From assembly GCF_057098645.1 (NCBI RefSeq), contig NZ_CM169472.1: DNA of 64,000 nt; one strand, given 5' to 3'. A program made the position numbers and the translations under genes. The notes beneath the pieces are model-generated. The model saw nothing but the letters and a program-made list of their open reading frames with translations, made no database searches and had not been told where the DNA came from. The stretch's first letter is position 1; every line of letters starts with the position of its first letter. This document shows positions 1 through 10,509 of this stretch, piece by piece.

Positions 1-46
1 ACCAAAAAATCACTAAAAGTGCTCTTTATTGGGGATGGATTTGCCC

Positions 47-952
47 CTATATTTCCAGACATCTGTTATCACTTAACCCATTACAAGCCCGCTGCCGCAG
101 ATATTCCCGTGGCGAGCGATAACCCAGCGCACTATGCGGATGCCATTCGTTATAATGCTCGAACGCCTCTGCAAGGTTCTTTGCTGCCGTTAACCCGTCT
201 GGTTTGGGCATGATACTGATGTAGTCACGCTTTATCGTTTTCACGAAGCTCTCTGCTATTCCGTTACTCTCCGGACTCCGCACCGCCGTGTTCTTCGGTT
301 CAAGTCCCAACATCCGGGCGAACTGGCGTGTTTCATTAGCCCGGTAGCATGAACCATTATCCGTCAGCCACTCCACTGGAGACGACGGAAGATCGTTGCC
401 GAAGCGGCGTTCCACCGCTCCCAGCATGACGTCCTGTACTGTTTCACTGTTGAAGCCGCCGGTAGTCACCGCCCAGTGCAGTGCCTCACGATCACAGCAG
501 TCCAGCGCGAACGTGACACGCAGTCTCTCTCCGTTATCACAGCAGAACTCGAACCCGTCAGAGCACCATCGCTGATTGCTTTCTTTCACGGCCACTCTGC
601 CTGTATGTGCCCGTTTCGATGGCGGTACAGCAGGTTTTCGCTCAAGCAACAGCGCATTCTGGCGCATGATCCGGTAAACACGTTTGGCATTGATCGCAGG
701 CATACCATCAAGTTCTGCCTGTCTGCGAAGCAGCGCCCATACCCGACGATAACCATACGTGGGCAGCTCTCCGATAACATGGTGTATACGGAGAAGCACA
801 TCCGTATCATCAGTGTGACGACTGCGGCGGCCATCCATCCAGTCATCGGTTCGTCTGAGAATGACGTGCAACTGCGCACGCGACACCCGGAGACAACGGC
901 TGACTAAGCTTACTCCCCATCCCCGGGCAATAAGGGCGCGTGCGCTATCCAC
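47..952 (-). CDS. insD: IS2 transposase OrfB (InsD), DDE integrase-type catalytic domain
   Basis: 301-aa ORF recognised as IS3-family OrfB; overlaps insC as expected for a -1 frameshift OrfAB arrangement. Confidence 0.9.
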
Positions 953-1275
953 TTTTTTGCCCGTCCATATTCAACGGCTTCTTTGAGGAGTTCATTTTCC
1001 ATCGTTTTCTTGCCGAGCAGGCGCTGGAGTTCTTTAATCTGCTTCATGGCGGCAGCAAGTTCAGAGGCAGGAACAACCTGTTCTCCGGCGGCCACAGCAG
1101 TAAGACTTCCTTCCTGGTATTGCTTACGCCAGAGAAATAACTGGCTGGCTGCTACACCATGTTGCCGGGCAACGAGGGAGACCGTCATCCCCGGTTCAAA
1201 GCTCTGCTGAACAATTGCGATCTTTTCCTGTGTGGTACGCCGTCTGCGTTTCTCCGGCCCTAAGACATCAATCAT
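910..1275 (-). CDS. insC: IS2 transposase OrfA (InsC), helix-turn-helix DNA-binding subunit
   Basis: ORF 910..1320; likely start at internal Met ([24 protein letters not shown]...), giving 121 aa. Confidence 0.85.
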
Positions 1276-1341
1276 CTGTTCTCCAATGACTAGTCTAAAA
1301 ACTAGTATTAAGACTATCACTTATTTAAGTGATACTGGTTG

Positions 1342-1391
1342 TCTGGAGATTCAGGGGGCCAGTCTATCTGGAGATTCAGGGGGCCAGTCTA
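1342..1391. repeat. Perfect 2 x 25-bp tandem direct repeat of the IS2 terminal sequence (tctggagattcagggggccagtcta)
   Basis: Read directly: 1342-1366 and 1367-1391 are identical; the first copy is the IS2 end. Confidence 0.85.
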
Positions 1392-1754
1392 AGATGTCCT
1401 TACCCTGCGCCATCTGCAGCTTCTGCACCAGAACCGGTGAATCTCACTCAACAGGCTTCATTTCCCCTGACGCCAGCCTGAATACAGCTGGCGTTTTCAT
1501 TTATAAACAGAAAGGAAAACCGATAATAATGGAATGGACGCCCCGACCATGAAGCAACGGTAGGATATTACTGATAAACCTTCCAGTGGAGGTGCGTTAT
1601 GGCCGTTTTAACGATTAGCATTGACCTGACAAAAAATGAATTCCAAATCCACGGTCTGGGTAGGAACAGAAAAATCTAAGCTCAGAAAACGGATTAAAGT
1701 AAGCGTCAACGGAGCACCGTATTGACGCTTATTTATTGGTGAGAACTACGTTCC

Positions 1755-2111
1755 ATGGCAGGAGTTCGTCAACACGGTTGGAGGGCCATTCCGGCAGTAT
1801 GCTCAGAATATGGCGCAGATACGCTTCCGGATCGATACCGTTCAGACGGCAGGTGCCTGCTTTTCCGGCAACAAGCAGGAATCTCAGTGCTGAAGCAGGA
1901 ATTAGAGGTAAAAACGCCCTACCGGGCCATGAATCACCCGGTCATTGGAGTAGTAACCAAAGCAGATTTAGCCAGCATGGAACAAATATCTTTGGTGAAA
2001 AGTTGGTTACGGGAAGCTGGAGCGCACAACGTGTTAGTAACCAGTGCAGTTAATAACAATGGAGTTACAGAACTTTTTGCCTTGCTGCATACAGAAGAAG
2101 GCTGTTGTTAA
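1755..2111 (+). pseudogene. yoeF: EutP/PduV-family GTPase-like C-terminal fragment (yoeF-like remnant), probably non-functional
   Basis: 118-aa ORF whose C-terminal half (VIGVVTKADLASMEQISLVKSWLREAGAH...) resembles EutP/PduV GTPase C-termini; no P-loop N-terminus in frame; position next to yeeX matches the K-12 yoeF remnant as I recall it. Confidence 0.45.
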
Positions 2112-2211
2112 TTTCGATTGGTTCTCAGATGAGAATGATGACGGTGATACACAGATAAGAATCAATGAGCAATGAGGGTTGCCGGGCAACCCTCATTGAA
2201 TAAAACGGGAA

Positions 2212-2541
2212 TTACTTCGCTTCGCCGTTTTTCATTTCGCCCATAGCTTTCAGCTTTTTGGAGATATCGCGGCGTTCTTTGGAGAGCTCGGCATTTTTGA
2301 TGATGTAATCGTCAACGCGATCTTCATAGTCACCTTTCATGCTGGCGATGATGCCCTGGATTGCTTCAACGCTCATCCCAGGCTTGATGTAATCGCTCAG
2401 GTTGTCCAGCAGCAGGACGCGCTTCTGGTTGTCACGGATCTTTTTCTCAACGTCCTGAATTTCACGTTGCAGTTTGTTCTTACGACGGAACAGACGAACA
2501 AATTCCAGTACGTCCTGGAATGAAGGCTTGGTAGTTTCCAT
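2212..2541 (-). CDS. yeeX: DUF496 family protein YeeX
   Basis: ORF 2212..2607 trimmed to internal Met ([30 protein letters not shown]...), 109 aa. Confidence 0.85.
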   Translation of the reverse strand: METTKPSFQDVLEFVRLFRRKNKLQREIQDVEKKIRDNQKRVLLLDNLSDYIKPGMSVEAIQGIIASMKGDYEDRVDDYIIKNAELSKERRDISKKLKAMGEMKNGEAK

Positions 2542-2712
2542 TTTTATACCCCTGATAATGTGAGAGTCGGATTCGTTTAAGCAACCGCTATTCGTTAGGG
2601 CCAACATTACTCATAGCTGCCGCAGATGACAATGCTTTTATCCCTTTTCACTATCATACCCTTTATCCTTGCTGAATCGAAGCAGCAGCAAGATGATTCT
2701 GAAGTTCAGGAA

Positions 2713-3771
2713 TTATTTGCGCAAGGCCCGGCAAATCAGATTCGATAGCAACTCAAGCTGATGCGCCGTTTCCATGTTCAGCCACACATAACCATAGATT
2801 GGTGTTTCCACTACCTTCAGGTCATGGTGGTTATTGAGCAACTGACGCAGCTCTTCCACAGCATCGTTCAATTTTTCCGTATTGGCAAAAACCGGCTGCG
2901 GATTACCTTCGTACAGCGCATGAACAAGGCTCAGCAGTATTTGCTGCATCATGTGCTGGGTATCACGAAGTTTTTGCGCGTTCAATAACACGAAATGGCT
3001 GGGGCGCGTGGCCCAGTACGCATTGATTTGCAACTCCAGCATACAAACCAGATTGCGGTTAATGGTCTGGATACCTTCATATATCGATTTTGGAATACGG
3101 GTTTCTTTGCTGGCGGGCGCAATCAGCCCACGCATTTTCACGGCATCGGTCAGGAGTTTTTGTAGATGGCTTTCCAGACGTGGGCGTTCGAGTAAGTTCG
3201 GTGAGAATGCAGATTGATAGACCCGATTATACTCGGTCAGACTTTTCGCCAGTTGAATGCGCCAGTGGATGAACGCCCGTTGTGGCCAGATACCGGTAAA
3301 CAACATTGCCAGTAAAGAGCCGAGGATCACATCGCCGCTTCGCCATAACGCCGTATTAATTTCACCTGTCGGGGAACCAACAACAATTGCCAGCGTCACC
3401 CCAATCAATAAACCTTGATACGGTTTCTTGCCCAGCGCCAGCCAACCGCAAAGAAACATAGCCGCCGCGCACCAGACTAACATCAGCGGTAACGAGATTA
3501 ACTCCAGTTGCAGAGCGATAAGACCTAAAATCGACCCCAACACCGTACCGCCAATACGTTCGAATGCGCGAGGGACAACGTTCCCCCAGAACGAGATTGG
3601 CCCCATAATCACCACCATGGTGACCAGCGGCCAGGTGCTTTCCGGGATAGTAAACAGGCGGATAATGAGAAAAGTGAGCAGGAATGCCAGCGCGACCCGA
3701 GTACCATGCACAATGCGGTAATGGCGGTATACCCGGATTTCAAACGGGCTTAATGACTTATCGGCACGCAC
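2713..3771 (-). CDS. yeeA: Inner-membrane protein YeeA (FUSC-like putative efflux protein)
   Basis: 352-aa ORF with multiple hydrophobic helices in the N-terminal half; conserved synteny yeeX-yeeA-sbmC. Confidence 0.85.
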   Translation of the reverse strand: MRADKSLSPFEIRVYRHYRIVHGTRVALAFLLTFLIIRLFTIPESTWPLVTMVVIMGPISFWGNVVPRAFERIGGTVLGSILGLIALQLELISLPLMLVWCAAAMFLCGWLALGKKPYQGLLIGVTLAIVVGSPTGEINTALWRSGDVILGSLLAMLFTGIWPQRAFIHWRIQLAKSLTEYNRVYQSAFSPNLLERPRLESHLQKLLTDAVKMRGLIAPASKETRIPKSIYEGIQTINRNLVCMLELQINAYWATRPSHFVLLNAQKLRDTQHMMQQILLSLVHALYEGNPQPVFANTEKLNDAVEELRQLLNNHHDLKVVETPIYGYVWLNMETAHQLELLSNLICRALRK

Positions 3772-3968
3772 GCAGAAACTCCGTAATGAAGATTAAAAGC
3801 GCTCATAACTCATCTGTCGGCCAGAAGGCGCGCCTCTGAATTATCCGACGGACAAACCGGGAACAGTGTAATTTCCCGGCAGGAGCGAAAAAATTGAAAG
3901 GCGCATCTTACTCTTTTCGCTTTCAAAAAAAGAGTGGTCATAGCGTTAACACACCGCCCTGAGATGAA

Positions 3969-4442
3969 TTAGTGATGTTTTGGCTGCACCGCAACATACA
4001 TTTCGATATCCCAGTACCCATCTTCCGCGCCATTGTTCAAATAAACCTCGAAGCAGGGCTTTGGTAACATTTCATAAGCACTGTCCTGCAAGAGGCTATT
4101 AAAGAACTGATACCAGGGTTTAGCAAAATCATCACCGACTACACGAGCCACCGCCACGGCATATTGACCACCTGAAATTTCTGTCAGAATGACGCCCTCA
4201 CTGTTTTCGGGGAGCGTAAAGTTATTCGGTACCGTCACGACGGTGTCGCAGCGTAATTTTTCGGCGGGTGTTTCATCCGGATTGTCGTAATAGACAGCAA
4301 CCCACTCCTTCGGCACAATATTTTTGCTATCTACCCACATCATCAACTGCTCAAAACCTTTCTTTACCGTCTGTTCCCACGGGCCAACGAGATGGAAACC
4401 TGCAACGGTACGTTTATCTTCCTGCTTAATCTCGTAGTTCAT
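3969..4442 (-). CDS. sbmC: DNA gyrase inhibitor SbmC (GyrI)
   Basis: 157-aa ORF recognised as SbmC; LexA box immediately upstream. Confidence 0.9.
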   Translation of the reverse strand: MNYEIKQEDKRTVAGFHLVGPWEQTVKKGFEQLMMWVDSKNIVPKEWVAVYYDNPDETPAEKLRCDTVVTVPNNFTLPENSEGVILTEISGGQYAVAVARVVGDDFAKPWYQFFNSLLQDSAYEMLPKPCFEVYLNNGAEDGYWDIEMYVAVQPKHH

Positions 4443-4459
4443 GACGCCTCCATTAATAC

Positions 4460-4475
4460 TGTTTTTATATACAGT
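4460..4475. promoter_or_regulatory. LexA (SOS) box upstream of sbmC
   Basis: ctgtttttatatacag fits CTGT-N8-ACAG; lies 18 bp upstream of the sbmC start codon. Confidence 0.7.
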
Positions 4476-4560
4476 ATAGTTGCAATATTAAAACCACAAG
4501 GAATGAGTGTTGATTATGCGAGCAGACTCGCACTCCTGCCAGTCTGCTGCAAAAGAAAGG

Positions 4561-5733
4561 TCAGGCCTTATGGTGGAAATAATCACTCAGGCGAGAAAAC
4601 ATGCTGCCTTCCCCGACAGATTCCAGGGTAACCAGCGGCCAGTGCGCCACCTGTTTATCACGGTCGTAAAGTTCAATTTCCCCTACCCGCTGATGGGCGC
4701 TAATTGGCGCGGTGAGCTCTTTACCATTAAGGGTATATTTGGCTTTGATATGTGGAATTTCGGCTTTCGGTAGCACCATCCAGAACTCTTGTTCCGTTCC
4801 CAGGGCGATATTTTCTTTATCACCATACCAGATGCGTTCCGTACCGACCTTTTTCCTACGGTGCAAAATTTGCACCGTAGTAAAGTTTTGTTGCCCCCAA
4901 CGCAGTAATTTTTTTGCCTCTTCCTCACGACCTTTTGCGCTGTCAGCACCCATTACCACTGCAATGAGGCGACGCTGCCCGTCTACAGCCGAAGCAATAA
5001 GATTAAACCCGGCACCAGAAGTATGGCCCGTTTTCAGGCCGTCAACATTCATGGTCTTATCCCACAATAACCCGTTACGGTTTTGCTGGGTGATACCGTT
5101 CCAGGTGAGACTTTTCTCACTGTACATATGATAAAACTCGGGCTCGCCGTGGATGATAGCGCGAGAAAGCACGGCTAAATCATAAGCCGAGCTATGCTGG
5201 CCAGGTGCATCCAGACCATGCACTGTTTCAAAATGCGTATCCTTGAGATGCAGCTTCTCGGCATAGTTGTTCATCATTTCAACAAACTGCCGTTGCCCAC
5301 CGGCAATATAGTCAGCCAGAGCAACACAAGCGTCATTTCCGGAATCCACAATTAAACCACGGCTTAAATCACGTACCGATACGCGATCGCCCTCTTTCAA
5401 AAACATCAGTGAAGAACCGACAAACACCGGATTATCTTTCGCCCACGCATCGCGCCCCACGGTGACAATATCGTCTGGCGTAATGCGATGACTATCGATA
5501 GCGCGATCCACGACATAACCCGTCATCAGCTTTGTCAGGCTGGCGGGATTGCGCTGTTGATGCTCATTACCCGCGGTGAGGATCTGTCCGGTGGTGTAAT
5601 CCATCAGTACCCAGGACCCGGCATGAATCTCTGGAGGCTGAGGTGAAAAAGGAATGTTTTCCGCCGCAAAACCAGACGATAAGTTAAAAACGAACAAAGA
5701 AGCAGCAATAATAAGACGGCGTTTCAACAGCAA
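4561..5733 (-). CDS. dacD: D-alanyl-D-alanine carboxypeptidase DacD (PBP6b)
   Basis: 390-aa ORF with signal peptide and PBP5/6-type S11 peptidase sequence. Confidence 0.9.
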   Translation of the reverse strand: MLLKRRLIIAASLFVFNLSSGFAAENIPFSPQPPEIHAGSWVLMDYTTGQILTAGNEHQQRNPASLTKLMTGYVVDRAIDSHRITPDDIVTVGRDAWAKDNPVFVGSSLMFLKEGDRVSVRDLSRGLIVDSGNDACVALADYIAGGQRQFVEMMNNYAEKLHLKDTHFETVHGLDAPGQHSSAYDLAVLSRAIIHGEPEFYHMYSEKSLTWNGITQQNRNGLLWDKTMNVDGLKTGHTSGAGFNLIASAVDGQRRLIAVVMGADSAKGREEEAKKLLRWGQQNFTTVQILHRRKKVGTERIWYGDKENIALGTEQEFWMVLPKAEIPHIKAKYTLNGKELTAPISAHQRVGEIELYDRDKQVAHWPLVTLESVGEGSMFSRLSDYFHHKA

Positions 5734-5935
5734 ACCCTCAGGAGTTTCAAATAGCTGTTCTTTTTACGGAAATACTTATGAACTGGCTGGAATAAAGTGC
5801 AAGAAAATGTGACTACCCTCTCATTTTTATCTGACATGATCTGTTGCCACTCGCTGTCAAATGGTTGCGCTAAAGCTGATTAGCACGGTGATATTTGATA
5901 CTCTGGCAAACAGCAGAAATAACGGATTTAACCTA

Positions 5936-7363
5936 ATGATGAATGACGGTAAGCAACAATCTACCTTTTTGTTTCACGATTACGAAACCTTTGGCACGCA
6001 CCCCGCGTTAGATCGCCCTGCACAGTTCGCAGCCATTCGCACCGATGACGAATTCAATGTCATCGGCGAACCCGAAGTCTTTTACTGCAAGCCCGCGGAT
6101 GACTATTTACCCCAGCCTGGAGCAGTATTAATTACCGGTATTACCCCGCAGGAGGCACGAGCGAAAGGAGAAAACGAAGCCGCGTTTGCCGCCCGTATTC
6201 ACTCGCTTTTTACCGTACCGAAGACCTGTATTCTGGGCTACAACAATGTGCGTTTCGACGACGAAGTCACACGCAACGTTTTTTATCGTAATTTCTACGA
6301 TCCTTACGCCTGGAGCTGGCAGCATGATAACTCGCGCTGGGATTTACTGGATGTTATGCGTGCCTGTTATGCCCTGCGCCCGGAAGGAATAAATTGGCCT
6401 GAAAATGATGACGGTCTACCGAGCTTTCGCCTTGAGCATTTAACCAAAGCGAATGGTATTGAACATAGCAACGCCCACGATGCGATGGCTGATGTGTACG
6501 CCACTATTGCGATGGCAAAACTGGTAAAAACGCGTCAGCCACGCCTGTTTGATTATCTCTTTACCCATCGTAATAAACACAAACTAATGGCGTTGATTGA
6601 TGTTCCGCAGATGAAACCCCTGGTTCACGTTTCCGGAATGTTTGGGGCATGGCGCGGCAATACAAGCTGGGTGGCACCGCTGGCGTGGCATCCTGAAAAT
6701 CGCAATGCCGTAATTATGGTGGATTTGGCAGGAGACATTTCGCCATTACTGGAGCTGGATAGCGACACATTGCGCGAGCGTTTATATACCGCAAAAGCCG
6801 ATCTTGGCGATAACGCCGCCGTTCCGGTTAAGCTGGTGCATATCAATAAATGTCCGGTACTGGCCCAGGCGAATACGCTACGCCCGGAAGATGCCGACCG
6901 ACTGGGAATTAATCGTCAGCATTGCCTCGATAACCTAAAAATTCTGCGTGAAAATCCGCAAGTGCGTGAAAAAGTGGTAGCGATATTCGTGGAAGCCGAA
7001 CCGTTTACACCTTCAGATAATGTGGATGCACAGCTTTATAACGGCTTTTTCAGTGACGCCGATCGTGCAGCAATGAAAATTGTGTTGGAAACCGAGCCGC
7101 GTAATTTACCGGCACTGGATATCACTTTTGTTGATAAACGAATTGAAAAGCTGTTGTTCAATTATCGGGCGCGCAACTTCCCGGGGACGCTGGATTATGC
7201 CGAGCAGCAACGCTGGCTGGAGCACCGCCGCCAGGTCTTCACGCCAGAGTTTTTACAAGGCTATGCAGAAGAGATTCAGATGCTGGCGCAGCAGTATGCC
7301 GACGATAAAGAAAAAGTGGCGCTGTTAAAAGCGCTTTGGCAGTACGCGGAAGAGATTGTCTAA
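5936..7363 (+). CDS. sbcB: Exodeoxyribonuclease I
   Basis: ORF 5861..7363 trimmed to the MMNDGKQQSTFLFHDYETFG start (ATG at 5936); 475 aa. Confidence 0.95.
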   Translation: MMNDGKQQSTFLFHDYETFGTHPALDRPAQFAAIRTDDEFNVIGEPEVFYCKPADDYLPQPGAVLITGITPQEARAKGENEAAFAARIHSLFTVPKTCILGYNNVRFDDEVTRNVFYRNFYDPYAWSWQHDNSRWDLLDVMRACYALRPEGINWPENDDGLPSFRLEHLTKANGIEHSNAHDAMADVYATIAMAKLVKTRQPRLFDYLFTHRNKHKLMALIDVPQMKPLVHVSGMFGAWRGNTSWVAPLAWHPENRNAVIMVDLAGDISPLLELDSDTLRERLYTAKADLGDNAAVPVKLVHINKCPVLAQANTLRPEDADRLGINRQHCLDNLKILRENPQVREKVVAIFVEAEPFTPSDNVDAQLYNGFFSDADRAAMKIVLETEPRNLPALDITFVDKRIEKLLFNYRARNFPGTLDYAEQQRWLEHRRQVFTPEFLQGYAEEIQMLAQQYADDKEKVALLKALWQYAEEIV

Positions 7364-7405
7364 TGTGAAGCCTCCGCCGCTGGTACGGCGGAGGACAATT
7401 TTGAG

Positions 7406-7633
7406 TCAGGCTTTTTGAACGGTGATGCTCCACGCTGCATCGCCAATCTGCTGATAATCGGTGATGGCATGTCCTTCTTCTGCCGCCCACTGTGGGATTG
7501 CTTCAGTTGCCTGGGTGCAATCAAACTCAATTACCAACTCATCGCCGCTGGCCATTTCTGCCAGTGCTGCTTTTGCTTCTATGAGTGGAAACGGACAGAC
7601 CTGCGTCACCACATCCAGCTTTTTAATCGCCAT
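7406..7633 (-). CDS. yeeD: TusA-like sulfur-carrier protein YeeD
   Basis: 75-aa ORF with the TusA-type CPxP motif (QVCPFPLIEAK). Confidence 0.85.
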   Translation of the reverse strand: MAIKKLDVVTQVCPFPLIEAKAALAEMASGDELVIEFDCTQATEAIPQWAAEEGHAITDYQQIGDAAWSITVQKA

Positions 7634-7646
7634 CTTTACACCTTAC

Positions 7647-8705
7647 TTAATTTGCCGCAGCAGTTGCCAGTCGTGCCTTACGCTGCGGTCGAACATACAC
7701 AAGCCAGGACGCAGTCCAGACTCCGAGAATCATAAATACAAGGCCAATCCAGCCCTGCCAGGTCATCATTGCAGTCATGACCAGTCCATTACCGATAGAG
7801 CAACCACCTGCAATGCTGGCACCGAAGCCCATCAGAACACCACCTAACCCGCTACGTAATGTTGTTTGTGCATCAGCAGCGCGAACGCGGAACTCACGGC
7901 TCGCTTTGGCTGCAATAAATGACCCCACGAAGATCCCTATCACCAGGAAAACGCCCCAGTTAATGTATTTCACGTCACCCGCGACCAGAAATTGCAGAAT
8001 ATTGGCCGTTGGGGAAGTGATTCCTAACCCAAACATGCGTCCGGTTGCTTCACTCAGGGGCCAGGCTAAAAGCGCAATCAAACCGATGAGTACAGCAGTG
8101 ACAAAGGGATGCCAGCGTTTTTCAAACAGAATATGAGCGATCCCGGTTCGGCGCGGCGGTAAGGTCGCGACTTTGAGTTTTGGCTTCTTCAACTCTTTCA
8201 TCACCACCCAGAGCGTTATCACCAGCAAAACGGCAACCAACGGCCACACAGACAAATTAAAAGTATCAGCAATAGAATTATGTTCAGTAGTGTAGTGCTG
8301 CAAGGTTTGATTTAAACCACTGACGTGTGGAGAACGCATCACCGCACTCATCACCATATAAGTGAAAAGCGCGATCCAACTGCCGATCAATCCCTCACCC
8401 GCGCGATACCAGGTCCCGGTGGCACATCCACCCGCCAGAACAATTCCCAGCCCGAAAAGATACCCACCTATAACAGTACCAAGCCACGGGAACGCCCCGG
8501 CTTCGTAAGTCAGTAGGCCCGCCTGAATTAACGCAAAAACCCCCACGCTTTGTACCGAAATTGCAATCAGCAAGGCGTAAAACATTCGATTATTTTTCGC
8601 GATATACATATCGCGAAAACCACCTGTCAGGCAAAAACGCCCACGCTGCATGACAAATCCCAGCAGAGCACCACAAATTAGCCCGCTTAATATCATTGAA
8701 AACAT
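7647..8705 (-). CDS. yeeE: YeeE/YedE family membrane transporter (thiosulfate uptake, TsuA)
   Basis: 352-aa polytopic membrane ORF directly upstream of and co-directional with yeeD. Confidence 0.85.
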   Translation of the reverse strand: MFSMILSGLICGALLGFVMQRGRFCLTGGFRDMYIAKNNRMFYALLIAISVQSVGVFALIQAGLLTYEAGAFPWLGTVIGGYLFGLGIVLAGGCATGTWYRAGEGLIGSWIALFTYMVMSAVMRSPHVSGLNQTLQHYTTEHNSIADTFNLSVWPLVAVLLVITLWVVMKELKKPKLKVATLPPRRTGIAHILFEKRWHPFVTAVLIGLIALLAWPLSEATGRMFGLGITSPTANILQFLVAGDVKYINWGVFLVIGIFVGSFIAAKASREFRVRAADAQTTLRSGLGGVLMGFGASIAGGCSIGNGLVMTAMMTWQGWIGLVFMILGVWTASWLVYVRPQRKARLATAAAN

Positions 8706-8884
8706 AAATTAATTAACCAGATGAATGTTAATGGGGAAATTATTCATGACTGGTGGAATGCAGACCAATAACCAAATTCTCTAAATTAGAACAAATGGTT
8801 ATTAATGAGGATTTCGATAAAAAAGAATAAAAAAAACCGGAGCCAAATGTTCATTCGACTCCGGTTTATTATTAGAAAAGATGA

Positions 8885-10243
8885 TTATGCTACGTCTTCG
8901 TACTGCGGAACCGGATTACGGAAACTCTTGGTTACGCAAGCCAGGTAAATCAGACCGATAGCAGCCCAGATCAGACCCAGAACCATTGAGCTTTCTTCCA
9001 GGTTAACCCACAGCGCACCAACGGTCAGCGCACCACACATCGGCAGGAACAGATACTGGAAGTGATCTTTCAGCGTCTTGTTACGCTTCTCACGGATCCA
9101 GAACTGCGAAATAACCGACAGGTTAACGAAGGTGAACGCCACCAGCGCACCAAAGTTAATCAGCGCCGTAGCCATTACCAGGTCGAAGTTGATTGCCAGC
9201 AAGGCAATCGCGCCAACCAGGATGATGTTCATTGCCGGAGTACGCCATTTCGGGTGTACATAACCGAAGAAGCTTTTCGGGAACACACCGTCACGCCCCA
9301 TTACGTACATCAGACGCGCTACGCCTGCATGCGCCGCCATACCGGACGCCAGTACGGTAATGGTGGAGAAGATCAGCGCGCCAACCTGGAACGCTTTACC
9401 CGCAACGTACAGCATGATTTCAGGCTGTGACGCATCCGGATCTTTAAAGCGAGAGATATCCGGGAAGTACAGCTGCAGGAAGTAAGTTGCAAAGATGAAG
9501 ATCATGCCGCCAATCAGCGCGGTCAGGAAAATCGCACGCGGGATCACGCGCTCTGCATCTTTGGTTTCTTCCGACAGGTTGCTGATGCCGTCAAAGCCGG
9601 TAAAGGAGAAGCACAGGATTGTCGCCCCGGTAATCATCGGGATAACATGCGCATCGCCAGACCAGAACGGACGAGTGCTCGCCAGCGTACCCGCGCCTTC
9701 ACCTTCAAATACGCCATAAACAACCATGCCCAGAATCACCGCGATCAGCACTACCTGCAACACGACGATTACAGTGTTGAAGTTCGCTACGGATTTCAGA
9801 CTACGCAGGTTAAAGGCGGTCATGAAGGCCACCAACGCCACCACAAACATCCACGATGGGATGGAAGGCACCAGAGCTTCAAAATAGATTTTCGCCAGCA
9901 GAATGTTGATCATCGGCGCGAACAGATAGTCGAGCAGAGAAGACCAACCCACCATAAAGCCGACAGTCGGGCTAATGGATTTCTGGGCGTAAGTGTATGC
10001 AGAGCCAGCAGAAGGATAGCGGCGAACCAGCTTCCCGTAGCTCAGAGCCGTAAACAGGATCGCAATCAATGCGAACGCATAGGCTGTCGGCACATGACCA
10101 TCCGTGAGGCCTGAAACGATACCAAAAGTATCAAACAGCGTCATCGGCTGCATATAGGCAAGACCCATCATTACAACCGGAACTAACGTAAGCGTTTTAC
10201 GCAATTCCACGCGAGAGGTGTTTGGAGTAACGTTATGCGACAT
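8885..10243 (-). CDS. plaP: APC-family amino acid/polyamine permease (putrescine importer PlaP/YeeF)
   Basis: ORF 8885..10249; probable start [16 protein letters not shown]; 12-TM permease. Confidence 0.85.
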   Translation of the reverse strand: MSHNVTPNTSRVELRKTLTLVPVVMMGLAYMQPMTLFDTFGIVSGLTDGHVPTAYAFALIAILFTALSYGKLVRRYPSAGSAYTYAQKSISPTVGFMVGWSSLLDYLFAPMINILLAKIYFEALVPSIPSWMFVVALVAFMTAFNLRSLKSVANFNTVIVVLQVVLIAVILGMVVYGVFEGEGAGTLASTRPFWSGDAHVIPMITGATILCFSFTGFDGISNLSEETKDAERVIPRAIFLTALIGGMIFIFATYFLQLYFPDISRFKDPDASQPEIMLYVAGKAFQVGALIFSTITVLASGMAAHAGVARLMYVMGRDGVFPKSFFGYVHPKWRTPAMNIILVGAIALLAINFDLVMATALINFGALVAFTFVNLSVISQFWIREKRNKTLKDHFQYLFLPMCGALTVGALWVNLEESSMVLGLIWAAIGLIYLACVTKSFRNPVPQYEDVA

Positions 10244-10400
10244 GGTCATTCTCCTTTACGGTGATAACCGTCGCGTAAGCAAAAAATTGCCCCATTTTTT
10301 TGGATTCCTCAGCGACAACAACTGTCGATTTTTAGTAAATATCTATCCGGTACGAAGCCCGGCCTCTTGGTATGAATGATTGGTTTGAAGCAAAAAATAA

Positions 10401-10437
10401 CCGACGCTGATGAAACGTCGGTTTTTAGTCATTTTTT
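10401..10437. terminator. Candidate bidirectional intrinsic terminator between yeeY and plaP
   Basis: Hairpin accgacg...cgtcggt flanked by an A-run upstream and a T-run downstream. Confidence 0.5.
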
Positions 10438-10509
10438 GACAGCGGCGCATTGTGCCTAAATGGGGGGGAAATGACAAGAGAATGAGAGGCTTGTCATAAT
10501 AATTTTTCT

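Larger units (their letters stand above)
36..1366 (-). mobile_element. IS2: IS2 insertion sequence, complete (1331 bp), transposase genes on minus strand
   Basis: Terminal sequence tggatttgcccctatatttccagacatctgttatcacttaaccc at 36 and ...gtctggagattcagggggccagtcta ending at 1366 match the IS2 inverted repeats as I recall them; encloses insC/insD ORFs; length 1331 bp. Confidence 0.9.

Noticed and set aside
2165-2192. Hairpin aatgagggttgccgggcaaccctcattg downstream of yeeX as an intrinsic terminator
   Set aside because: No U-rich tract follows the stem on either strand; reported only as a possible structure, not a terminator.
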